Part shown: positions 9,638-19,491 of the stretch, one piece after another
Layout: each line of letters opens with the position of its first letter
Numbering within the stretch: the stretch's first letter is position 1
Origin: Promethearchaeota archaeon
GTDB lineage: Archaea; Asgardarchaeota; Lokiarchaeia; Sigyniarchaeales; SOKP01
NCBI GenBank assembly: GCA_016839705.1
Contig: JAEOTR010000044.1
Location: forward strand, 1 to 64,000
Direction of reading: 5' to 3'
DNA length: 64,000 nt
Program-made: the position numbers and the translations under genes
Notes under the pieces: generated by a model
Seen by the model: only the letters and a program-made list of their open reading frames with translations
The model's database searches: none
What the model was told of the DNA's origin: nothing

Positions 9638-10450
9638 TTGAGAAATAAAAATGATATTATTCTGTTAAAATTAGGTGGAAGTTTATTAACAGATAAAAAT
9701 AAACCCTTTTCTCTTAGAGAAGATGTTATTAAAATTTCAATTCAACAATTAATTAGTGCTAATGAAAAGGTAATTTTAATTCATGGAGGTGGCTCCTTTG
9801 GTCATCCTTTGGCAAAAAAATACAGTATTTTAGAAGGTTTAGATGCATCTATTCAAAACCAAATTCTTGGCTTAACCAAAACCCATCAAGCAATGACTAA
9901 ATTAAATTCTCATTTAGTAAAACTGTTTTTAGAGCAAAATTATCCAACTTTATCAATTCAACCTTCCAGTATCTTCATGAAGGATTCAGAAAAGATCATA
10001 ACCACATCTATTGATATAATTGAAACTAGCTTAGATCTCAATATTATGCCAATTTTATATGGTGATATTATTCTAGATAAGCAAGGTTCTTTCTCAATTC
10101 TCTCAGGAGATCAGCTAATTTTAGAGTTATGTAAGTATTTAACACGTTATCATATTTCAAAAGTTATTTTTACAATGGAAACTGACGGAATATATGTGAA
10201 TGATGATCAAAGTAGTGAAAATTGTATATTAGCTACTGAATGTTATTCTAATGATCTGGAACGTCTAAAATTAGCAAACTTAGGACAAAAAATAGATGTT
10301 ACCGGAGGTATTCAAGGTAAATTTAATGTTATTAAACAAATATGTGATTATAATATACCCGTACAATTAATAAATGGATTAAAGGATGATTATATTTACA
10401 AATCATTAAAAAATCAAAAAATAGAGTGTACAAATATTTTAATTAGGTGA
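9638..10450 (+). CDS. ipk: Isopentenyl phosphate kinase
   Basis: KLGGSLLTDK, HGGGSFGH, SGD, DVTGGI. Confidence 0.93.
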   Translation: MRNKNDIILLKLGGSLLTDKNKPFSLREDVIKISIQQLISANEKVILIHGGGSFGHPLAKKYSILEGLDASIQNQILGLTKTHQAMTKLNSHLVKLFLEQNYPTLSIQPSSIFMKDSEKIITTSIDIIETSLDLNIMPILYGDIILDKQGSFSILSGDQLILELCKYLTRYHISKVIFTMETDGIYVNDDQSSENCILATECYSNDLERLKLANLGQKIDVTGGIQGKFNVIKQICDYNIPVQLINGLKDDYIYKSLKNQKIECTNILIR

Positions 10451-10462
10451 TAATTTGGATTT

Positions 10463-11587
10463 ATGACAACTAGTAATCGTAAGGATAAGAAAATACCTGC
10501 TAAAAATCAATCTAAAAAAATAATGGAAAGAAAGATCGAACATCTCAAAATTCCTTTAGAGCATGACGTACAACATTCTCAAAATTATTTTAAAGATATT
10601 AAGCTAATCCATCATCCAATCCCAGATTTTGATTTCGAGGATATTGATCTCTCCATTCAATTTTTTAATAAAAAGGTGTCCGCGCCAATATGTATTTCCG
10701 CAATTACAGGAGGTCATCCAGTTTCACAAGAACTTAATGAGATTTTAGCTAAAGCTGCTGAAGAAGAAGAAATAATTATGAGTGTAGGGAGTCAGCGTGC
10801 TGGTATTGAAGATCGTACTTTGTTAGATTCCTTTAAGATCACACGTGAAGTGGCACCTCACACTCCAATTATAGGAAATATTGGAATAGGTCAGGTAAGT
10901 GATCCTAATTTTGAAATTAAGGATTTTAATGAATGTATCGAAATGATAAAGGCTGACGTCATGGCAATTCATTTAAACATTTTACATGAATTGGTTCAAG
11001 ATAAAGGAGATATATCCTATAAGCTTTTCAGGGATAATTTCAAGAAAATTCGTGAAAAACATAAAATCCCAATAATAGCAAAAGAAGTTGGAACTGGTTT
11101 TAACCCAGATTTAGCTTTACTACTTGATAAGCTTGGTTTTGATGGATTTGATATTGGGGGAACAGGGGGAACTAGCTTTGCTGCTATAGAATCTAAGCGT
11201 AATAACTTCGACAATCAAAAATACTCCCGAGATCCTGCTGATGTGTTTAAAGAATGGGGGATCCCTACTCCTGTCAGTATTGTATATGTCAGAAATGTAT
11301 CTCAGAAATTAATAATTGCCACTGGTGGTTTAAGAACAGGAATTGATATAGCAAAATCGATTGTTTTAGGCGCTGATGTCGGAGGGTTTGCTTATAAATT
11401 TCTCCAATCTGCATGGCAAGATAGAAAGCAAAAATCAATTTTTAATACAGTTAAAGAAATAAGAACATTAAAAAATGAATTACAGACCTGTCTATGGTTA
11501 ATGAATCAGGAAAGCATTACTAACTTAAAAGGTAAAAGAGATAAGTGTGTTGTTCTAGGGGACCTATATAGATGGCTAAACCAATAA
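10463..11587 (+). CDS. fni: Type 2 (FMN) isopentenyl-diphosphate delta-isomerase
   Basis: RKIEH, AITGG, GSQR, KEVGTG, GGTSFAAIE, WGIPT. Confidence 0.95.
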   Translation: MTTSNRKDKKIPAKNQSKKIMERKIEHLKIPLEHDVQHSQNYFKDIKLIHHPIPDFDFEDIDLSIQFFNKKVSAPICISAITGGHPVSQELNEILAKAAEEEEIIMSVGSQRAGIEDRTLLDSFKITREVAPHTPIIGNIGIGQVSDPNFEIKDFNECIEMIKADVMAIHLNILHELVQDKGDISYKLFRDNFKKIREKHKIPIIAKEVGTGFNPDLALLLDKLGFDGFDIGGTGGTSFAAIESKRNNFDNQKYSRDPADVFKEWGIPTPVSIVYVRNVSQKLIIATGGLRTGIDIAKSIVLGADVGGFAYKFLQSAWQDRKQKSIFNTVKEIRTLKNELQTCLWLMNQESITNLKGKRDKCVVLGDLYRWLNQ

Positions 11588-11597
11588 ATCCGTGTTT

Positions 11598-11821
11598 TTA
11601 ATAGTTCTTATCATAAACTTTATTTACTAACTGGCAACCTCGATTATAATTATCTGAGAAAATACATCTTTTCTTAATATCGTTCTTTTTATTCGAATAT
11701 TTCATGCATCCCCAACACTGCCCTTTAGCTAAACTAATTTTTTTTTACAGTTATTTTCTCTTACCTCTTCACAAATCTTCAGGGCAAAATCTTCAGGAAT
11801 TGGGTTTTTATTTTCTTTCAA
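11598..11821 (-). pseudogene. Small Cys-rich protein (~74 aa) broken by a 1-nt frameshift in an A9 run
   Basis: TTG at 11821 after GAGG: MKENKNPIPEDFALKICEEVRENNCKKK, then shifted frame ISLAKGQCWGCMKYSNKKNDIKKRCIFSDNYNRGCQLVNKVYDKNY*; A9 at 11738-11746. Confidence 0.6.
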
Positions 11822-11924
11822 ATCTTCCTCACTTTGCTAGCTTTTTCAATAAAAAAGCAATAGATTATATAAATAAGTATCATAGTCCAATTCTTATTTA
11901 TTTAACAAGAAATTTATTATCTTA

Positions 11925-12314
11925 TTATTGTTCTGGATTATCCTCTAATGCGTCTTCAATTTTCTCTACAAACTGTGAAAAGGCTCCCGTTTGACCCTGA
12001 TAATTTTCTAATTCCTTAGAATGGAGCTTTAAGAATTTTTTTGATATTTTTACCAATTCTCGATTTACTTGTTTTTGATTGAATTGTTTTGATGAGTTAG
12101 CAACAAATAATAGATCACTTTTTTTTATTATTGTGAATCTCATATTGTTTAATTCAAAATTAGAGAGACCTCCATCGGCTAATTGTTCGGAGAAACTATT
12201 CAATGCACTCATCATTGCTCCAAATAATTGAGGTGCTACAGATTCTTTAAATGGTCTATGAAAAACAACTATTCCTGATTTATGCAGAATCCAAACATCT
12301 TGGAGTACTTTCAA
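11925..12314 (-). CDS. Stand-alone longin/roadblock-like protein
   Basis: VWILHKSGIVVFHR...LFGAMMSALNSF pattern typical of Asgard longin-like proteins; resembles C-termini of 48236 and 49551 ORFs. Confidence 0.7.
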   Translation of the reverse strand: MKVLQDVWILHKSGIVVFHRPFKESVAPQLFGAMMSALNSFSEQLADGGLSNFELNNMRFTIIKKSDLLFVANSSKQFNQKQVNRELVKISKKFLKLHSKELENYQGQTGAFSQFVEKIEDALEDNPEQ

Positions 12315-12364
12315 TGTAAATCCCTTTATTATATGTTCTATTATTAAAAATTAGTATTCCTTAA

Positions 12365-12910
12365 TTATTCTCCCCATCTCTTTATATTAATTGCAATTCC
12401 CGCTTGATCGAGTATTCTTCCAATTGTATGGTTAACGATATCATCTACGTTCGTGGGTTTATGGTAAAATGAGGGTACTGGCGGAAATATTACAACACCA
12501 AGTCTGGTTAGCTTTAACATATTTTCAAGATGAATCGCATTGAGCGGAGTTTCTCTAACAACAAGAATAAGTTTTCTTCTTTCTTTAATCATAACATCTG
12601 CAACTCTGCTAATTAAATTATCAGAATAACCATTAGCTATTGCTGCTAAAGTTTTCATTGAACAAGGAATCACAACCATTTTATCAACCATATGCGATCC
12701 ACTTGCTGGGGCAGCAGTTAAATCATTAACTTCATAATTCTTAGTTGCTAATTTACGAACACCTTCGATTGCATAATCCGTTTCAGTATTTATTATAATT
12801 TCAGCTTTTTCAGAGATTATTAATTCTGTATCAATTTCTTGCTTTTTTAATTCTTCAAGAAGCTTAATTCCTAAGATAGCACCACTTGCACCTGTTATAG
12901 CAACTAGCAT
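12365..12910 (-). CDS. ubiX: Flavin prenyltransferase
   Basis: VAITGASG, PASGS, PCSMKTL, RETPL, FYHKP. Confidence 0.95.
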   Translation of the reverse strand: MLVAITGASGAILGIKLLEELKKQEIDTELIISEKAEIIINTETDYAIEGVRKLATKNYEVNDLTAAPASGSHMVDKMVVIPCSMKTLAAIANGYSDNLISRVADVMIKERRKLILVVRETPLNAIHLENMLKLTRLGVVIFPPVPSFYHKPTNVDDIVNHTIGRILDQAGIAINIKRWGE

Positions 12911-13051
12911 TTGTATTACACACTCAATATAAAATCGATATTTTCGTATGATTAATGAAGGATGGGTATTTTAATATGAGAAATGATTATGATTTAAAAT
13001 ATTTATTTTTATTAGAGTTTCAGTTTCTACTATATAATCTTTATAACTCAC

Positions 13052-14128
13052 TTAGAAAGCTCGGTTTAAAACGAAATCTAGCAAATTAACATAAAATTCT
13101 GTTTCAGATTCATTAATGTTGGGTTTTAACTCATCAAGTGTTGTTTTTGCTTCCTGATAATATTTAGTAGCGATTTTTTTACAAGAGTTAATAGAGTCAG
13201 CTTTAAGAAATAACTCTTTTACTTCGTTAACATCGTCCTCACTCATTTCTGACTTTTCATTTAGTTCTAAAATTCGATTTTTGTTCTTTTCACTTGACAT
13301 ATTTAAAGCTTCAATTAATAAACAAGTATGTTTACCTTCTCTTATATCACCATCAGTTGGTTTACCTGTAATTTTTTCGTCTCCAAAGGTACCTAAAATA
13401 TCGTCGATTATCTGGAAAATTATACCAAGATTTATCCCATAAATTGAAAGTAGTTTATCAAATCTATCACCAACATTAGAATAGTTTGCTCCGATTAAAA
13501 TCGATTTTTCAATTAAAGCACCTGTTTTTAGAGAAATCATTTCAATATAATCATCCATCGAAATTTTTTTCTGGTTTACCATGTCCGTTTCGATTAAAAC
13601 TCCATTAATAACATCGGTAAATGCTAGTTCATATAGTTTTATAGCGTTTAGATTTAATTCATTCTCAAAATCGTTGAAAAAATAAGGTTCCAATCCTGAA
13701 ATGAAGGCAGAATCTCCTCCTATTATCCCTACTGAATTACCAAAATCAGAAGCAACCATTTTCTTTAACTTATACTTTTCATGATATTGTCGAAATCGAA
13801 AATGAAAAGCGGGTTTTCCTCTTCTGAAGTCATCTTTATCAATGATGTCATCATGAATTAATGAGGCATTATGGAGGAATTCTGTTCCTATACTTGGAAC
13901 TATAATTCTATCATCTCTCTTATCAGTAAAAGCATTATAGGTGGCAATACACAGTATTGGTCGAATTCTTTTTCCACCTGCAAGAAAATAATCTTTCAAT
14001 TCTAAGTAATAATCTCTCAGAAACGGATTTTTTATTTTTTTTAATTTTACATCATAAATAGTTGCGATAGCGTTGTTTATTTTTTGTTTATAATCAGCGA
14101 CATATTCCCTAAATTTCAATGAGATCAC
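13052..14128 (-). CDS. Polyprenyl (GGPP) synthase
   Basis: GGKRIRP, FARM HDDIIDKDDFRRG, KTG, SARM FQIIDD. Confidence 0.93.
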   Translation of the reverse strand: MISLKFREYVADYKQKINNAIATIYDVKLKKIKNPFLRDYYLELKDYFLAGGKRIRPILCIATYNAFTDKRDDRIIVPSIGTEFLHNASLIHDDIIDKDDFRRGKPAFHFRFRQYHEKYKLKKMVASDFGNSVGIIGGDSAFISGLEPYFFNDFENELNLNAIKLYELAFTDVINGVLIETDMVNQKKISMDDYIEMISLKTGALIEKSILIGANYSNVGDRFDKLLSIYGINLGIIFQIIDDILGTFGDEKITGKPTDGDIREGKHTCLLIEALNMSSEKNKNRILELNEKSEMSEDDVNEVKELFLKADSINSCKKIATKYYQEAKTTLDELKPNINESETEFYVNLLDFVLNRAF

Positions 14129-14315
14129 TACTCTCTTAATTCTTTTTCCAACTTGTTTCTAAATTATAAAACATAAATTTTACTAGAATAAAAGTGATTT
14201 CAAATTATCAATATTCTTAATTACTAGGAAGTATCATACTTTATATTAATAAAAGCAGTTTCGATTAATTGATTTAAAAAGATTGATAAATTAAAGAATA
14301 GGAGACCAAAATTAA

Positions 14316-16004
14316 TTGAAAAATTTAAAAAAACTAAAATCGATTAAAAGGAATAAAGGACTGATAATAAGTGTTGTCATAATACTTATTGGGGTGATAC
14401 CATTACTTATTCTAACATTTGTCCCCGAATTGAAACACTCATATACAATTGAACCATTAGTACTAGAATCCGAGGATAATGTATATATTAGTGCTTTTAA
14501 ATATACACCGAAAGGGGAAAAAAGTCATGCGGGGGTTGTAGTGGGCCATAGTTTTTTTGGAAATAAACTCAACATGCAACCGTTAAGTATAGAGCTTGTC
14601 AAACGTGGTTTTACAGTTATAAACATTGATTTTCGAGGACATGGAGCTTCTACTGGAGTTTTCTATCGTAGTGATTTAGTTAAAGATTTTAAAGCTGTTG
14701 TTGATTACTTTGAACAAAATTTGCCATATATATCTGAAATTGGACTCGTTGGACATTCATTGGGGGCAGAAATAGCATTAAAATTTTCAAACCTCTATCC
14801 TGAAAAAATTAATGCAACTGTAGCAATTGGGGCAATAATTGATAATATCACCTCAATATCTAATCTTTTAATCGCATCTGGATTATATGATACGGGTTTA
14901 ACTGAAGATAAAATCCTTGAACTCTTAAGATTATATACTGAACAAGAAAATGTGGATGTTGGCCAATTATATTATGGAGATTTTAATGGAGGAAATAACA
15001 TAAAAGGATTTGTTAGTCCATTTTCAGGACATTTAACTGAAATGATGGATTCAGCTATTATTTTCCAGACGGTCCAATGGTTTGAACAGGCTTTTCATGG
15101 AGAATTGGGGAGTGGGGTCTTTATAACCGCAACAATTCTACAGGTTTTTTCATATGTCGCTTTATTTGGAATAATTTTGCTAAACGCGATTTTAGTATTA
15201 TATATTAGGGATTATCTATTCAAAGAAAAAATTTCATACCCTGAAAAAGAGTTATTACAAGAATTTAGAGAGGTATCTTATAAAAAACTTATATTATATT
15301 ATACGGTTCCTGTGGTATTAATTCAATTTATTTTCTTTTTATTTCTTTCAGATTTATCAATGGGTATAATACCTTTTTCTACGACAAGTATAACACTATC
15401 GCTTATAATTGGTGCTGCTATCGGAATTTACGTCATATACAATATTTTCCTCTTAAATTGGCAAGAGCAATTCTCTATTAAAGACTTCTTTCTAAAAATA
15501 AAATCAATGGTCTCTCACAATCCAGGTAGATCGACAATTTATGGATCTTTAGTAGGATTACTAGTAATATTATCAATAGCAGCAATCTGGCATTGGTCTG
15601 TTCAAAACACTTTACCCACACTCGAAGGACTTGGGAGAATGATATTAATAATTCTGTCTACTTTTCCCTTTTTCTTAATCAAAGAGTTTTATTATAGGAA
15701 TGTTCAAGGGCGGTTAAAAATTTTTAGTCGATATGATGAATATATTATAATGGTCGGAATTGGAATATTAATGGATAATTTACTCATCCTTTTCATAATA
15801 GCCATAGGAAGGATCAATCTAGCTTACATACCCGCATACGCACTCTATCTTTTAGGTTGGGTTATTTTTTCTATAATACAACACTGTTCAGTCACATATG
15901 TGTATATGAATTCAGGACGAAATATTCTAGGGTCAGCAATATTTACAAGTATAATTTACTCCTGGATGATTGTTGTTTTCTTCCCATCCTATGGATTTTT
16001 GTAA
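14316..16004 (+). CDS. Alpha/beta hydrolase fused to a multi-pass membrane domain
   Basis: N-terminal TM, DFRGHG, nucleophile GHSLG, many hydrophobic helices in C-terminal half. Confidence 0.8.
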   Translation: MKNLKKLKSIKRNKGLIISVVIILIGVIPLLILTFVPELKHSYTIEPLVLESEDNVYISAFKYTPKGEKSHAGVVVGHSFFGNKLNMQPLSIELVKRGFTVINIDFRGHGASTGVFYRSDLVKDFKAVVDYFEQNLPYISEIGLVGHSLGAEIALKFSNLYPEKINATVAIGAIIDNITSISNLLIASGLYDTGLTEDKILELLRLYTEQENVDVGQLYYGDFNGGNNIKGFVSPFSGHLTEMMDSAIIFQTVQWFEQAFHGELGSGVFITATILQVFSYVALFGIILLNAILVLYIRDYLFKEKISYPEKELLQEFREVSYKKLILYYTVPVVLIQFIFFLFLSDLSMGIIPFSTTSITLSLIIGAAIGIYVIYNIFLLNWQEQFSIKDFFLKIKSMVSHNPGRSTIYGSLVGLLVILSIAAIWHWSVQNTLPTLEGLGRMILIILSTFPFFLIKEFYYRNVQGRLKIFSRYDEYIIMVGIGILMDNLLILFIIAIGRINLAYIPAYALYLLGWVIFSIIQHCSVTYVYMNSGRNILGSAIFTSIIYSWMIVVFFPSYGFL

Positions 16005-16037
16005 AAAAGAATATAGTATTGTTTTTCCTACATTATG

Positions 16038-16418
16038 CTAATTTGTAGATTTTAGATATATTAATATATCATCAAAATCTGCTAAATCAAATGGTTTTTT
16101 TAAAAATCCATCTGCTTTTGTTTCAAGCGTTTTAACGGCAACTTCCGCTTCTGACACTCCCGAAAAGTAGTATACAAGAATGTCGTTATACCTTTTATTT
16201 GATTTGATGAAGTTACAAAACTCGTATCCACTTAATTGTGGCATATGAACATCGAGAAGAATTAGTCTCGGTTTATTCTCTTTTAATTCTTCAAATGCGT
16301 TTAATGTATTCCTAACAGATTTACATGTATAACCTTTAAATTGTAGAACCTTTTCTAATAACTCAGTTATGTATTTGCTATCATCAATAATTAAAATATC
16401 ATATTCAGATTGAACCAA
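16038..16418 (-). CDS. Single-domain response regulator (receiver)
   Basis: ILIIDD, LILLDVHMP, KPF. Confidence 0.9.
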   Translation of the reverse strand: MVQSEYDILIIDDSKYITELLEKVLQFKGYTCKSVRNTLNAFEELKENKPRLILLDVHMPQLSGYEFCNFIKSNKRYNDILVYYFSGVSEAEVAVKTLETKADGFLKKPFDLADFDDILIYLKSTN

Positions 16419-16570
16419 TTTGAGATCACCAGTATTTTATATGTTCTTAGATCATCTTGTCTTTATTTTATGTAAAATCTTATAGTTTCATAAGTATAGC
16501 CTTAGTATCATTATATAAATTTGAGTTTTTCGTTAAATTTACACAAGAAAATTTCAAATTACACAATAAT

Positions 16571-19351
16571 TTAATTAGTGCCAATTTTAAAAGTTGCTAT
16601 TACATGAGGTTCCAATAAAATATTTAAATTATTTTTACTAAAACTAATGATTTTCGCTTTAATTTCGTTTCTAGGATCTTCCTCGAGGAGATTTACAATT
16701 TTTACACTTTTTATAGAAATATCTCTGAAAAAAGTTAGTTTTGTTTCTTGGGAAATAGATGATATATTGTATACTCTGAGAATTAAACAATTTCCCACTT
16801 CAGCCTTTTTCAATGCACTTAAAATCACACTTTTATTATCTATTTCAAGAAAACTAAGCACAGGTGGAAGATATGGTTCTAAAGTTAAGGATTTTGAATT
16901 ATTAAAATAAGATATAATCCCGGATGGTCTTAACATCACTTTATCTGGAACTCTAATAGGACTTTGTGCCATATTAGGAAAAAATGCTTTGAGGGGATTA
17001 TTAAATTCTTTTCCTCTTTGATGTATCTCCGATTCTAACCAATTTGATTTTAAAGAGGTGGTGAGTGACAATTCAAAAAAGTATTCTCCAAGACACTGAG
17101 CACCTGGAGTACTATATCCTGGACCTGCATGGGACATTCTGTTCACAAAATCATCACGAGATAACCATTCAACACATCTCAGAAGAGTAATTGCAAAGAT
17201 TATTTTATTATCATCATTAATAATCGCTTCATATTCGGGTATTCCTTTATTAAGTACAGCGAAAGTTCTCGAACCGTCGTTAATAGATATGAAGTCTTTT
17301 TGATGATTAGTTGGTAATGGTTTTTGGACCCAACCCTCTGCATTAGGTAGTTTCACACTCCTTGGAACAACATAAAAATGACCATCAGCATAAACTTTAT
17401 CTGATTTTATTTTTGTGGGAAATAAAACACGAATTCGATGATCTTTACTATTGTTGTTTAACTCAATCTTGAAATCAATTCTTTTTATACTTTTATATAA
17501 GGAAATAAATAACGTTATCTTATTATCAACGAGCCAATCTTCTCTATTATATCGGTCTTCGGTAAGTGAGTTGGGAAGCTTTAAGTTTAATCTTAGTTTA
17601 AAGGTTTTCTGAGTTGGACCATCTACATATATAGATCGTTCAAAAACGGCAGCATCTTCAGATTTGAAAACTAAATCTGTTTGATTCTCTCTTGGGCCTG
17701 AAAAATCATACTCATCACCCCAATCTCCCATATCTTCAAATTCACAAATATTTTCAAATGTTATCCCTGCCTCCTTGTCAATGACATTAATTAAACCATT
17801 TTCGTTAATTTCAACTTTATAAAAATCATTTTCTAAGAAGTTTCTGGTAATTTTAAAGTTCTTGTCCTCAGTTTCAAATTCAATGGTGGGTTTTTCCGGG
17901 ATAAGGAAATACGTTTTATAACCACATGCGGGTACTTCTGCATTAAACGTAAAATAATGGCTCACACCCTGTTTTCGTTGAAATCTGGAATCCTCTTTAG
18001 TTAAATAATATTGATATTCAATATTTTTACCATCATAATCAATAATTTTTATTTCATGAGGAAAATCTTCACCCTTAGTTTTACGTGAAATTGTATTAAA
18101 TCCCACTATATCTTTTCGTTTCCAAGGAAGGGGATTATATATTAGTAAGATTTCAGCTTCCTTATTTTCATTAGTAATATTGATACGATTTATTAAATGA
18201 ATAAATGAGTTTTTATATACTTCATTGGCAATTTGCTCTGACCAATCAAATCTTACAATCATCTCGTCGTGAACTTGGTCAATGCTACAACCACAAATAC
18301 TATCATGTGGTGCATTTTTCTGCAACCATTTTATACCTGTTAAAATGTAATCTTTTGGATATATAAAACTTCCATATTTATCGAGTACCCAAGTCATTGC
18401 AGATATTGGTTCAGTATATTTCTCATATAAATACTCAATTGCTGTATTTCTTTGTTTTATCCACATTCGCGCCGAAAGTACACCAGATAAGAGATGTGAG
18501 TATTTCCCTCCCCTTAATTCACCTTGATATTCATTTAAATCTATCTTTGATTCAATCACTTTATTTACATAATACTCAAAATCTGCTTGTTCTAGAAGAG
18601 TTTCAGGATGTAATTTATTCCATTGATGGACTATCTTTGGAATTTCTGGACTTGCTTCTTCATGATCAATTCCGTTATTTAACAAAACAATAGGTGTTGC
18701 TATGTATTTTTCAAATTTTGAGATGATGTTTCTAATTTTTCGTAATGCTGGTTTGAATTCACCTTCTATTGATTTAGTGTTCAAATATGCTAAGTTATGG
18801 TAAGTTAAAATTAAATGTATCCCCAATACGGTTGCTGCTCTACCTGGTGAATTCCATAAAAATTCCATTTTTAGCTTATTTTCTTCAAATTCGCTACCAA
18901 ATCCTCTCATAAACAAAATTGACGGGATTTCAAAACCACTTATGATCTGGGGTAGTTGTGCAACATGTCCAAATGGATCAGGTATATATCCTGCCTTCAT
19001 TACTCTCCCAAATTTTCTACTAATTTGATGGCCGATCATAAGATTCCTAATTAAGGACTCACCACTCACCAGAAATTCATCAGGTAGTATATACATTGGA
19101 CCAATAGAGAGTCTTCCCTGTGTAACATATTTTTTTATCTCATCTTCTTTTTCAGGGCGTACTTCTAAATAATCCTCTAAGGGAATAGTTTGGCCATCTA
19201 ACGTGAAATTAAGGTAATTGGGGTCATTTTTAAGAATATTTAATAATTTATCCATCAAGATTACAAGCCTAGCTCGGAATTCTTGAAAAGGAAGGTACCA
19301 TTCTCTATCCCAATGAGTTTCTGGAACGATTATTATGTGATTTGCTTTCAT
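16571..19351 (-). CDS. GH38 alpha-mannosidase (MngB-like)
   Basis: THWDREW, PDPFGH, HDSICG. Confidence 0.92.
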   Translation of the reverse strand: MKANHIIIVPETHWDREWYLPFQEFRARLVILMDKLLNILKNDPNYLNFTLDGQTIPLEDYLEVRPEKEDEIKKYVTQGRLSIGPMYILPDEFLVSGESLIRNLMIGHQISRKFGRVMKAGYIPDPFGHVAQLPQIISGFEIPSILFMRGFGSEFEENKLKMEFLWNSPGRAATVLGIHLILTYHNLAYLNTKSIEGEFKPALRKIRNIISKFEKYIATPIVLLNNGIDHEEASPEIPKIVHQWNKLHPETLLEQADFEYYVNKVIESKIDLNEYQGELRGGKYSHLLSGVLSARMWIKQRNTAIEYLYEKYTEPISAMTWVLDKYGSFIYPKDYILTGIKWLQKNAPHDSICGCSIDQVHDEMIVRFDWSEQIANEVYKNSFIHLINRINITNENKEAEILLIYNPLPWKRKDIVGFNTISRKTKGEDFPHEIKIIDYDGKNIEYQYYLTKEDSRFQRKQGVSHYFTFNAEVPACGYKTYFLIPEKPTIEFETEDKNFKITRNFLENDFYKVEINENGLINVIDKEAGITFENICEFEDMGDWGDEYDFSGPRENQTDLVFKSEDAAVFERSIYVDGPTQKTFKLRLNLKLPNSLTEDRYNREDWLVDNKITLFISLYKSIKRIDFKIELNNNSKDHRIRVLFPTKIKSDKVYADGHFYVVPRSVKLPNAEGWVQKPLPTNHQKDFISINDGSRTFAVLNKGIPEYEAIINDDNKIIFAITLLRCVEWLSRDDFVNRMSHAGPGYSTPGAQCLGEYFFELSLTTSLKSNWLESEIHQRGKEFNNPLKAFFPNMAQSPIRVPDKVMLRPSGIISYFNNSKSLTLEPYLPPVLSFLEIDNKSVILSALKKAEVGNCLILRVYNISSISQETKLTFFRDISIKSVKIVNLLEEDPRNEIKAKIISFSKNNLNILLEPHVIATFKIGTN

Positions 19352-19491
19352 ATTGAATATAACCTATAATAACTTAGTATTTTCTTCTTAATATTTATTA
19401 AAGATTTAAATATAATTTATTTTTTACACTAAAACTTGAAATAATTGTCTAAAAGATATAGTATTAAAACCAAAGAGAGGGTATTTTAAAA

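Noticed and set aside
11704-11994. 96-aa plus-strand ORF
   Set aside because: Antisense shadow of the longin gene end and the frameshifted Cys-rich gene; no recognisable features
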